In this document: positions 51,356 to 64,000 of the stretch, in pieces
Numbering within the stretch: position 1 is the first letter of the stretch
Layout: every line of letters begins with the position of its first letter
Assembly: GCF_018977255.1 (NCBI RefSeq)
Contig: NW_024704742.1
Span: 134,728,001-134,792,000, forward strand
Origin: Callorhinchus milii
Lineage: Eukaryota
Direction: 5' to 3'
DNA length: 64,000 nt
Notes under the pieces: generated by a model
What the model saw: only the letters and a program-made list of their open reading frames with translations
What the model was told of the DNA's origin: nothing
The model's database searches: none
Position numbers and translations under genes: made by a program

Positions 51356-53964
51356 CAGGACAGATACTGTGCATAATTATCCAGCAAGGAATCCTGGAGT
51401 ACAGCTTCGCCCACATCCGGTTCCACACTATCTCCAATAATATTAATGCTACCAACTGAGCCAGGCTGACACCTAAATGGTTGATTTATATACAATGCTT
51501 CATTAATATTTTTAAAAAAACTTTGTGCTTAAAACTGGGGGCCAGTTTGAACTTCAAAAAAATCACTTTATCATATCAATTTATCGCTTGAATTCTCTGG
51601 AAATTCCACGCGTAGGTGGGAAGCATGGAATTCTCAGTTTGGTTTGGATACTCTTAAGCACATCGATGGGTTTCCGCTCGTGCCAGACACCCGGCTGACC
51701 AAAATTTTAAAAAAATCATTTGGAAATGCGATCAATATACCAGAAGGATTATATCAGTGGAGATACATTGTGAATGTCAACACATGTTTGCTAATCAAGG
51801 CAATGCAAACATATGTACAAATATAATATATGTACAGATACAAAGATATCTTATCCTCGGGTGTTGAATCAACTTTGCCAGTAAATTTTGTTAATCATGT
51901 AAGTCATTTGACCAAAAGTTATTTATCACATGATTCGATAACAATGTGTAAATATTAGAGGTTATTTATTTTTCTGCCATTGCTGATAATATAATAATAT
52001 TATCCGAGATGCTACCCAGCATGAAGAGTGCTGTATAGATTAAAGTTGTTGTTGTTGAGATACATTGAATGGTAGAGACAAGCAAAATAAAAGGATATTA
52101 GCGGTTCAGGAACAAGGAACAGGAGGAGGCCATTCAGTGCACTGAGCCTGTTCCATCTTTTTATTGGAACATATTAGACCTTTTAATCCCAATGCCCCAC
52201 TCCTTTCACTATTCCTTTTCAGACCTCCATTACTTAAGACTCTATATCTCTTTTAAACACCCCTATTTCGCCCACAAAACATAGTGAATCCACTTTACAA
52301 CATACTCTGTGAAGCGCTTTGAGATGTCTCAATGATATGACAAGGCGCTATATCAAATGCAAGGATTATTATTATTGATTCTGCCTCTACAACTTTCTGG
52401 GGTAGAGCGTTCCACACCTTCACAAGGTGTGATGAAATGCTTCCTGACCTAACTGTCTTGGCTCTGACTTTAAAAGCTAAACCCCCTCGGAACAGTGCCC
52501 GATACCCAGTAAGCAGTCATTTGCTATCTGACCTGTCAATTCCTTTCATTAGTTTAAATGCCTCAATCAAATCACCCCTTAATCACTGCTCTAAGCAAAG
52601 ATAACCTCAGTCTACCAAACCTCTCATCATAGCAACGCCTTTCAACCCAGGTATTATTTCGCCCACAAAATATAATCAATTCACTTTACAGTATATCTTG
52701 TGCAGTGCTTTGAGACGTCCTGAAGACGTGATAAGGCACCAAATCAAATGCAAGGATTATTATTATCATTAATATTAAATGTGGGGACAGTTCTCTGTGT
52801 GGAAGTAAAATATAACTGTCCTTCTGTGGAACCAATCCATTGAAGGGGCGACCCGTGTGGTAGCAAACAAGCATTGCTAACAACCCAAACAAATTATTGC
52901 ATTGGATTGCACAATGACGCTGGGGTTTGCAATGTGGAAACACACCAATTTTGTCCGAACCACTGACAAAGCAGTCGCCCCTCAATTGATTGAACGGGAT
53001 CCATTGGAAATAAGGTCTAAACCCATTTTAAACAAACCGCCTGTGCAAAGTCAACAGAGCAGTATTGCTAGGACAGCTGATAAAGCTGTGGCTCTTGTTT
53101 ATGCTATCAAATTAATTAATTAATCAATCAGTCACATAACTATATGGTTGGGTTGTCAGACGCACTGTCGACCACGCTTCTTGTGTGTGACTGAGCATTT
53201 ACCAACAGCAGCAAAAGCACTGGATTGAGTGAGGGGGGGAAAAATAACTTATTCTGATTTATTCTGATGAATCTTCAGACACACACACAGTATCAGCACA
53301 AACACTCGCACACAACGACCACCACACATTAGCAGAGACAGAACCTGCAATTACCTTGAATACTGTCTCTCAGTGAATCCATTGCAAATTAGTATGTAGT
53401 GGAATAGCAACTTATACAGTTGACCTCATCTCTCCCCCATTGATAAAGCTATTTGCACAATTAACAAGAATGCATTTTGATTGCAAAGTTCTTTTCTCGC
53501 TGCGTTGCATCCGAGCAAAAGTAAGATTAATTCACTGGCATCGGATAATAATTTAACTCAATTGAAATTGCAAACTATATCTAAGAGGGGAGGGCAATTT
53601 GCTGTATTGAGTACAAATGCTGTGTTTGTTATGGTTACATGTGGACTAGAAAGCCGCAAACAGTACGCATTTATTGATATATCTTGTCTTTTGAATGAAC
53701 ATAGTTAATGTCCTCTCCCCATCCTCCATGGTATGTATTTACAACAATAATAATAATAATCCTTGCATTTGATTACAGCGCCTTATCACATCTTTGAGAC
53801 ATCTCAAATCACTTCACAGAATATACTGTAAAGTGAAGTGACTGTATGTTTTGTGGGCAAAATATTATTTTGTGCACTGTGTATGTTATGTGTTTTTGAA
53901 AAGTGTTTGGCCCCAAATTGCATCAAAAAATAAAATACTCCTATTGTGCTTTTTTTTAATTCTA

Positions 53965-54320
53965 TTTTCTAGCTCAGTGGTAGAGCACTAATCTCGCAAG
54001 CAAGAGACTGGGTTCAATTCCAGGCAGGGCTACTCTTTGGGCAAGCCTCGGTTTATCTAGCATTAAGTAGGAACCAGGTTGTTAGTGGATTGATGGATTG
54101 CTTTTCCAGGGGTAATTATTCCTTCAAAAAATAATAATAATAATTTGGTCACTTCAATCCATGATTGTTTGTGGGACACTGCTGTGCCCAATTGGCTGCC
54201 ACGTATCGCTCACAAGATATACAGTTAATTCACTTTATAGTATATTCTGTGAAGAGTCTTGCGACTTCTCAAAGACATAATAAGGTGCTATATCAAATGC
54301 AAGATTATTATTATTATTAT
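53965..54320 (+). mobile_element. tRNA-SINE, long subfamily
   Basis: tagctcagtggtagagc A box through to (TTA)n. Confidence 0.9.
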
Positions 54321-54564
54321 ATATTTAATCCACCCCAATTTACTCCTTTTTTTCCCTTCCGGAGAGTTCAAGATGAGACAATACTTGAAATTTATAATGC
54401 TTTGTTTGTGCGAGTCCATTAAATTATTGTTTCATATATAAACATCACATTTTGGGATAGCCTTAAAGCCACAGCCTTGCATTCTAAGACATGTAATCTC
54501 AAGGATAAGGCCACGATGAATTTCAGGCCTACAGGGCTTAATGTTAAAATAAACCAATACTGTG

Positions 54565-55250
54565 CACATTCACACATACGTATTTTATATACACATACAA
54601 ATGCCCACACACACATGACAATACATGAATGCACATGCACACTATGTAGACAAAACACACATCCACCAGCTATATAAAAATCAATGCACTTGAAAGCATG
54701 CTTCTAAAATACCATATGTACAATCCAATATACACTCCACATATACCTAAATAATGCATGCAATACATAAAACAATGCACACACAATATACACTGTATAC
54801 AGCCATTAATCAGCAGATAATATTTCTACCCAATCTGTACATGATTCAATACACACATGCACACGCATGTACAAAAACAGTAAAATATCACCCACAACAC
54901 AAAAAGAATACACATGCACACACGTACATAAAATACACACATACGTTCAATACCCTCGCATATATAACAATAATAACGACTACAACTTGCATTTATATAG
55001 CGTCATCTCGGAGAGCGTAGTTACATGTATATTGAAGAAAACACATATACGTATAAAATACACATGCACACATACACACATAAAACACTGCATACATAAA
55101 ATGAGGAAACTGGCACAGACGTAAAAATGAAACAATATTTATATGCACAAATTTATACTCAGCAAATAACCAGCACAAATATAGACACGGTACACTATCA
55201 TATATGAATGTAAAATAATACATCAAACATTCCACACATTTATGTACATT
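54565..55250 (+). repeat. Degenerate CA/TA-rich low-complexity tract
   Basis: Many acacatac/atacac units. Confidence 0.7.
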
Positions 55251-57014
55251 AAACAGGACGCTTACGTCCACATTTAAGATACATCAATATGCTGTAATAC
55301 CTTCACATTATTTGTATTGCTAATTCACTCAAAATCTAAATTGTGCAGTAAAAAGAACTCATCGCTCTATTTCTGTCCATCTTCATAAAATTATTAGAAA
55401 TAAAATCACATGGTATATACATACATATAGAGTATGTAAGGTTTACACTACAACAAGTTGTCTTGGTACCGATTACAAAGGCAAAAGTAGATGATTGACT
55501 GAGCTCAAATCTGAGCTGAAAGTGGGAAAGACACACAAACTGGTCTCTCACAAACACATAAACTGATGGGCTGGTCGATCAGTCGACGTTTAAAATCTAA
55601 TGGAGGTTTTTTTTTAGAAAGAGCCATTAGGTTTCTGTATGTAACAACATAAGAACATCGGAATTGCTAGGTGAAACAAGACCAAACTCCATCCAATTTG
55701 CCTTCCACCATCCTGGCAGTCAATAAGCAGGGTTGAGTTGCGTTTTAATGGTTTCACCTTTTTTTAGCAGTGAGAGGTAAAGGGTTAACTGATGCCTGAT
55801 CAATGAGCCTGTAGCCTCCATCCCGTCCATCCCCCCCACACACATAGACACACACACATACCCACCTCCCCTCACCTACCCACACACATAGGCACACATA
55901 TATACACACACACATAAATACATGTCCATCTCCCTGCACACACAGCTCCCTCAGTGTGAAGGCATTATCTAAAAAAAATGATCTACAAATTCTTCAAAAC
56001 AATTTGCAACCAATATTGTGAGGGCATAAGCCAGATTCGAACTATGCCCTTTGAACTCAGCACAAGACAGCTGACAATAACAACAACAAATTGCATTTAT
56101 AAACCCATTAACTCACACAAAGTTCTCCTTGCAAGTTTGATTTTGTTTTCAAGTACTCAGCTCCCCCACTTCCACACAGCCATAGACACAGACAGACACA
56201 CACATACACACACACACACACCACAAACACAGAAGTATTTTGGTTACCAAAAAAAGGGATTACCTGTAGCAAAAGGCACAAAAGGCTTGTGTCAGATTTT
56301 CAAAATAAAATTAAAATCAGTCTTTTGATCGTCTCTGTTTACCTAGCAGTAAGTAGGAACCCGATAGTTAGTGGATTGGCGGATACTTTCCGGGGCTAAT
56401 GATCACTCCCCCCACAAAATATGGTCACGTCTGTTTGTGGGGCATTGCTGTGCATAATTGGTTGCTGCGTTTCACCCACAAATTATACAAATCTACTTGG
56501 CATTATATTCTGTGAAGCGCTTTGAGACATCTCGAAGATATGATGAGGCTCTATATCAAATGCAAGGATTATTATTATTAGAGACACATTAACACAACCT
56601 GTGCCTGAAATAACACAACCTATGTTTGTTCCACGCTGCACAGCTCACGATCTAAATGCTAATCGATCGGATTTTTCTTTTTTTTTATATATAAAAAAAC
56701 TTTCCGATCAATACATTTTAATCATATCACCCAGATTTCATCAGATCGGAGGCAAATATTGATGGGAGATTAGCCGTTCACTGGTCAGGTACATAACGTC
56801 AGACTGCAGCAGATCAGGGAATGATTGACAAGGAGAAGGCAGTTTGACCAATGTACGGTTAGGGCACATTCATTCTGGATTATAAAGCGAAAATAGATGG
56901 GATCCGACTCTTCATCTGAAATGGAATAGGCTCCTGTTCATAATGAATTAGTCGTTATTTAATACAAAGAAGGAAGGAAGACAGAAATCAACATAGGCTT
57001 CAATCTGACACTGA

Positions 57015-57363
57015 TAACAATAATAATAATCATCCTTGAATTTGATATAGCGCAGTATCATGTCATTCAGACGTCTCAAAGCGCTTCACAGAATATATTG
57101 TAAAGTGGATCTTGTGGGCGAAACGCTGCAGCCAATTGCGCACAGCAGTGTCCCACAAACAGTCATGGCCAAACTCTTATTGATTGGAAGGGTTATTACC
57201 CCCTGAAAGCGAACTGCCAATCCACTAACAACCAGGTTCCTACTTACTGCGAGGTAAAAAGAGGAGTAATGAAACGTGCCTAAGGACTTGTCCTGGCAGG
57301 AAATCGAACCCGGGTCCTCTCACTTGCATGGCAAGCGTACTAAGCATTATGCTATGGGACTCC
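57015..57363 (-). mobile_element. tRNA-SINE, long subfamily
   Basis: Complete element on the - strand. Confidence 0.88.
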
Positions 57364-57711
57364 AGAAATACAGTAATGGGAGAAATAGCAAAGGGAATGG
57401 GGCAACAGCAGGTTGATCTAGTGTGGGGGAGTTAGCACCAGCACAGGAGCCCATTCTCTGACTGTTAAACATTCTCTGCTTTAACAAAGGACTTGTGAAA
57501 TCCTGCAGATTACCTGCGTTAACATTTGTTTCGCACACAAAATACAGTCACTTCATTTTACAGTATATCCTGTGAAGCGCTTTGTGATGTCTCAACGATA
57601 TGATGAGGTGCAATATCATATGCAAGGATTATTATTATTATCAATTCAAAATGAACATATTTTACAGTATTTTCACATAGGTGCAAGCAACACAGTCAAC
57701 AAAGATCTGCT

Positions 57712-58020
57712 TTGGAGTCCTGTAGCTCAGTGGTTAGAGCACTCGCTTCTCAAGCGATTTCCGGCATTGTGAAACCTTGGGCAAGTTTCCTTACTCCACG
57801 CGCCTGACAATAATCCCTCAACAAAAAAAAAACCAATAATAAATTGGTCACTTCAATCCACGACTGTTTGTGGGACACTGCTGTGCGCAATTGGCTGCCG
57901 CGTTTCGCCCACACAATATACAGTCAATTCACTTTACAGTATATTCTGTGAAGCGCTTTGAGACGTCTAGAAGACGTGAAAAGCGCTATATCAAACACAA
58001 GGATTATTATTATTATTATT
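57712..58020 (+). mobile_element. tRNA-SINE, short subfamily
   Basis: ggagtcctgtagctcagtggttagagc head; body close to the other copies; (TTA)n. Confidence 0.9.
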
Positions 58021-58699
58021 ATCTGTGTGTGTGTGTAAAAAAAACTGTGATCCACTCGGTTCAGATGCAAACCGAATCCTTTGACGAGGTCACATCTCTG
58101 TCTGTGGCTCTAAATGAGGAGTTTATTTTGATGAGTCTGCCTGTATTTATACAACCCCAGTCTGTATGTGTCTCTCTATGAGTCTCTCTTATTCGTTTGC
58201 ATGTTGCCTAGCCCTCCTCTCTCTTTCTCCCACACCCCCACTCCAGGTATTTATATTTAGCAATGCACAATGTTAATGATTTGCTTCGCTGCGACGGCAG
58301 GCTGGAATTGGCGATTATACGAATCCAATTCGCCTGTGTTGCTTATTTGCTGACCAACCAGAAATCCGGATTGCAAAAAAAAAGGGCATCCCATTAGGAA
58401 TACAAAATGAAAAGTCAATATCAGCTTCTAATTACCTGTAGAGTTAAACAGCAGAGACGAGAAAAAAATCTCAATCTGTCTGTCTGTCTCTCTCTCTCTC
58501 CATCCCTCGTGTTTTGCTATAATGGTAAAAGTGTATAATTACATCACAGCAGCTCAACATGTTCACAATTTTATATTCAAATGACTTGCAGATTACAGTA
58601 ACTAACGACAATATTTACAAATTACATTTGTTTTTGTCCTTGGGACATTCTCCCGACTAGATAAGGCGCTATACAAATGTAATTTGTTTGTTGGGTTTA

Positions 58700-59050
58700 A
58701 AGCAATAATAATAATCATCTTGCATTTGATATAGCGCCTTATCATGTTTTCGAGCCGTCGCAAAATGCTTCACAGAAAATATACTGTAAAGTGGATTGAC
58801 TGTATATTTTGTGGGCGAACCACGGTAGCAGTTTGCACACAGCAGTGTCCCACAAACAGTCGGGAACTGAGTGAGCAAATTATTATTATTCTTCTAAAAA
58901 AAATTTGGGGAAGGATTATTACTCCCAGAAAAGCGATCCACCAATTGACTAACAACCAGATTCCTACACATTGGGTTAAAGAGCTATGTGGAGTAAGGAA
59001 ACTTGTCTAATGTTTTGTCCTGCCCGGGAATTGAACCCAGGTTCTCTCGC
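58700..59050 (-). mobile_element. tRNA-SINE, long subfamily
   Basis: Reverse-complement match to the other copies. Further partial copies near 970, 6025, 6985, 8395, 17355, 19265, 25680, 28660, 29190, 29895, 44240, 52265, 52660, 53745, 56330, 61000, 62045 and 62640. Confidence 0.88.
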
Positions 59051-62000
59051 AAAAGCAACCAACCAATCATCTAACTAACAAACAGGTGAAAGTATTATTT
59101 TCCCCACATAAATGCGCCATTTGCTACACAGCCTGCAAAACAGCAGCAACCATTAAGTGCCGTTGGTAAAATGAACACTCTCTAACGATCAAACCAAGTT
59201 TTCAGATGCATTTGTTCAGAATAAACAGAGAAATAAATAAAGAAGGGAGTTTCTCTCTCGTGGTATCCTGGCCAACAATCTCCCAGATAAAATTGGTCAT
59301 TCGCTCCATGGCTTTTGTGGGGACGTTACTGTGCACAAATTAGCTGCCATGTTTCGCTCACAAAATACCCAGTCAATCCACTTTACAGTAAATTCCTGTA
59401 AAGGGCTTTGTGATGTCTCAACAATGTGATAAGGCAATGTATCAAATGCAAGGATTGTTTGATTATAAATACATGACCTTCTGTCATTGTGCACAGAATC
59501 CTTTAGAAACGTAAAAAAATTCCACGCACAAATCTGGTCTGTGTTTACTGCTCTTTCTACCATTCTTCATGAGACGGATTCCAAGCAAAATCTATCCTCG
59601 ATATCACAAAACATAATGTGGCTTTCTGTCTGAAGCTTGCAGGCAGGATATTTTTTTCACTTGACGTTTTCATTCATTTTCAGCCAAACCCGTGGGTTTG
59701 ACAAGAACCAGGCAAATCAATAATAATTTAGGTACAGTATTTTTTTCGAAAAAATATATATTTGTATTATAATTTTATTGTACTATATTGTGATAAAATT
59801 CATTCAAAATTATATTTTAAACTCAGCATTTTCATTTTCTACGTTTGATGCAAGGAAATCTCGCTCTATTGTCAAACAAATAAATATGAATATTTAGCCA
59901 TTATATTTTATATTTCATGTGAGGTGCTTCGAGACATCAGAACAATGTGATAAGGCGCTATATCAAATGCAAGGACCATTATTATTATTATTAAACTCTC
60001 CCCCCCAAACACAAAATGTTCTCCATCAAATAGCAAAATAGTTATATATATAAATAGTCTGTCTGATTACTGATCAGACCCTATCCCGTACACCCATATA
60101 TATTATCATCAAAAGTCTATGCAAATAAGTCCATATTAATAGGGAAAAATATTTAATAATAATAATAATTCAGATGTGGAACCCAAAAATATGCTGAGGG
60201 TTTTAAGATGGGTAATAATAAGCAAAGAAAAAAATTGTACAACAACACAACAATCTGCTTGTAATATACAGTGCATGATTCATTGCAACTGGGCATATAA
60301 CCTAGAATATTGATCATAACTAATATTTTGGTGTACGCTTATAAAAATATATGACATGCACATATATGGCACAGGATCAATAGCATGTACATGGGACGCT
60401 GCAGTATTTATTCATCATCATTGCAAATAAACAACATTCACCCTGAAATTGATCAAACACAAAATACCCAGTTGCCTCGTTTTACAAGGGAACATAAGTC
60501 TATAGGAATTGCTAGACAAAAAAAAAGAACAAGATCCCTCTAGTTTCCATTCTAACATCCTAGTTGTTGCATGCTATAATAATGGAGATGTTGCTAGCAA
60601 TCAATTCTGTATGGATTAGTCTACAACAGAATGGAATTCTTTGGGAACCTTAGATCCAAAGTTGCCTGGTTCTTCCAAGCCGTACAACACTTACTGTATC
60701 TCATGTCTCAAATTACTTACATACTGTATCCCCAAATATTTTTCCCCCCAAAATAAAATACCCCAAATAAAATTGGTCAATCATTTCAAGGTTGACTGTG
60801 AAATCCTGTTTAACATTTGAGACGTGAAAAGGCAAGATACCAAATGTAAGTATTGATATTACACAATCTTTATTATGTTGTATAGACTATATTTTAACAT
60901 AATATCATAAATTATGCTCAATCAATGTTATATGCAGCCTGATCTGTTATACTTTGAGATATGGTATGTGTTACACCCGGACTACCGATAATTGCATTAT
61001 AATAATATAATAATAATCATAATCCTTGGATTTGATATAGCGCCTTATCACGTCTTCTAGACATCCCAAAGTCCTTCACAGAATATATTGTAAAATGTAT
61101 TACATGATAATAATCCTCGCATTTGATATAGTGCCTTATCAAGTATTCGAGACATCTCAAAGTGCTTCACAGAATACACTGTAAAGTGGATTGACTGCGT
61201 ATTTTGTGGGCGAAACGCGGCAGCCAATTACTCACAGCAACATCCCACAGTCGTGGATTGAGTGACCAAATTATTATTATTATTATTATAAAATATTTTT
61301 TCTGAATTGACTTGCACATTAACAAATTTATCAATCGACTGATGTAAAGTGAACTGCATAAAGTGTGACAACTGCAACGATGCGTTTCTGAAACGGAACG
61401 GTTCGCTGAAAAGGACACTTAAAAAGGTGTCTCAAAGCAGAGCTGGTTACTGTGCTGTGTTCTGTAGTGCTGCTTTCACTGTTTACACGTATATAGATGT
61501 TCAACCTACACTCACGCACTCACTCACACACTCTCTCTCTCATGTTATCTTTCCAACAATAACAAATCGAGTGGCGATGAGGTATGTTTCTTTTTCAGGC
61601 CCCCAAAAAATAGAACAGCACAGAGTAAATCTGTGCAGAAGCCTTTGTAAAAGGTGTGGTTTCCTTAAAGGGAAAGGGTGGATCAATACTATCGATTATA
61701 GAGGCTTTCCCTATTCCTCTTCTACTGTATCAAGTGAGCGTGTCAGCTGATCAGAAGCTCACCTCTTTACATGCTCTGTATAGAGCTTGCGACCATTGCA
61801 AATCGGTGTTAGCAAATCGTTAAAGCATCGCAAAATAGGACGATAGCAGTCCTCAATCTCACAGCCAAGTTTTTGTGATAAGACTTTGTGATCAGGGGAG
61901 AGTGGGGGGGAGATGGAAAATAAACCATTTATCTGGACTGGGTGGCTGGGATACATATTAATGCAACAAGATATTAAAGATGTCAGATATTAAATTGTAT

Positions 62001-64000
62001 ATTTAACACACAATTTAATGTATATACTTTGTATAACAATAATACGTTCGCCCACAAAATGTACAGTCAATTCACTTTACAATATATTCTGTGAAGCGCT
62101 TTGAAACATCTCGAAGACCTAATAAGACGCTGTATCAAATGCAAGGATTATTATTATTATTAAAGCATTAAAGCAACAGCTACAAAGGGAATTGATAAGC
62201 GTCTGAAAACATGAATAATCTCAAACACAGTCACCAAAAACACTTTGATTTTTAATACGATATAAATAGGCTCAGCTCAAAATTAAACCCATGTGTATTA
62301 AAATATGTTGAGGCAGAGGGATATTTTATATAACATATTATCACTTATGCTTGATTTTGACATGGGTGAGGATGGTATTTAAATAATAGATTTTTTAATA
62401 TAATTTATATTTATATATAAATATATAAACACTGTAATCATATACATATATTATACCCACGCACATATTATGACAGTGTTGTTGAGGAAATCAGCCTTGT
62501 CTTTGCTAATCACTCTAATGCCCTGTTACAAATTTGAAGAAGAAAATGCAAAAGCATTTAGCACATTTACAGAATCCCAGAATTTTACAGCGCAGAAGGA
62601 GGCCACTCAGCCTCGCTTGCCTGTGTTTGCAATGTGTATGCAATAATAATAATCATCCTTGCGTTTGATATAGCACCTTATCGTGTCTTCGAGACGCCTC
62701 AAAGCGCCGCTCAGAATTTACGGAGTGACTGTGTATCTTTTGTGGGCGAAAGAGAACCATCTTGGATTTTTGTAAGAGAACGACCACGACAATAAATTGC
62801 ATTTAAATAGAGCCTTTCAGGTCAGGGTCTGTCTAGTCCCACTGCCCTGCAGTTTCCCTCCCTCCTTGTCTCTGATAAAACCCCCTGTGACTGAGCGTGT
62901 GTGCGTTTGTGTGTGTGTGAATAGATCTTTTTGTCAAATATTTGTCCAATTTCTTATTTCTTAAGGGTGTTGTTGGCTTGATCCTTGACCTTTTTTTTTA
63001 AAAAAGGGACATGGTTTGCCAACGAGATGTCTTTCCACAACCACGATTTTCGGCACTTGGGACCTCCTTCCCAGATGCGAAAGGCGCTTTACAAATATAA
63101 TTTGGTCGTTATTTGTTGCTGAGAGACAAATGTGCACAAAATCCTGGGATCCCAGTCTGGGTCAACCATATATTCCTCTGTATGGCCTTCTCTGGTTTTA
63201 GTGTTGCCCCACAGCAAAGCAAACCAAGTCAAACACAGAGTTAGTTAAACCTATGCCTCATGTCAAATCGCACTGGGCTTTCTTTCTGCTTAAAATAAGA
63301 CAATTCGAATATATTATTTTAAAATAGGATCAGTTGTATTAAATACCATCCTCACGCTCGTCACAATCAACTAATATGGAGAGGTATACATTTATTTTTT
63401 TACTCACAATATTTACATACACACATATGTATAATTCACCCACATTGCATGGGACAGAGCCTCAAATTGTGTTGTTTCTCTCTAAAATACATACACACTA
63501 ATGCTCTGTTTTCTTCTTGCTTTCACTTCACTCAATTATATTATGTATAAAATTATTATTAATAATAATAATAATAATTCTTGCATTTGATAACATAGGG
63601 CCTTAATCACGCAGTGGATAGTCTCAAAGCGCTTCACATGATATAATAATTAGACAAAATATATTATTTTATAATACTATATATGATTTCATTTTTAAAT
63701 ATATCATTTTAAAAATAAAATAAATAACGGGTTCTTTCTTTGCTGTTTTCTAATGTATTGTTTTTAAAACCTATACATATATATATCCTGATTCTTGTTT
63801 GTTAAATGTAGTAGAAATAGATTTATTGCAAAAAAAACGTTTAATATGTATATTTGTAGTTAAAATATAGTGTGCGTTGTAGGTCGAAGAAACGGAGTTG
63901 TAAGAGAATCAGATCCGATTCTACATTAGATCCTAAATACTAAAATCTTTACAACACGAACACAGAGGAATCGCCAACACACGACACAGTGTAAGGAAAT

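Larger units (their letters stand above)
49339..64000 (-). other. ONECUT2: ONECUT2 intron; CUT-domain exon lies outside the window
   Basis: No CUT-domain ORF seen; ONECUT genes have a single large intron between the CUT and homeodomain exons. Confidence 0.85.

Noticed and set aside
57712..57780. tRNA-Ala-like sequences, many in the window
   Set aside because: They are SINE heads continuous with the SINE body and lack a proper acceptor stem

Overview
Vertebrate genomic DNA, probably a cartilaginous fish such as a chimaera; this is inferred from the repeat families and is not proven. Two genes converge tail-to-tail, as at the human FECH-ONECUT2 locus. (1) Ferrochelatase (FECH), + strand: nine coding exons equivalent to human exons 3-11 (833-20547), all GT-AG, with exon lengths matching human and intact catalytic and [2Fe-2S] residues. 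Exons 1-2 lie upstream of the window. (2) ONECUT2, - strand: the homeodomain-coding last exon (49046-49338). The CUT-domain exon lies beyond 64000, and a probable ~17.7 kb 3' UTR runs to a poly(A) signal near 31364. That UTR is densely packed with miR-9 and miR-218 seed sites. The rest is intron or intergenic sequence full of a tRNA-derived SINE, L2 and CR1 LINE fragments, Deu-domain SINEs, palindromic MITEs, a Penelope-type inverted repeat with decayed hammerhead cores, and an unclassified retroposon-like family with a possible 3' pseudoknot. Almost all ORFs in the supplied track are spurious. I see no clearly new protein-coding system. The best candidates for novelty are the unclassified repeat family and the recurring local duplications that begin at retroposon 3' tails. 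Repeat boundaries are approximate.
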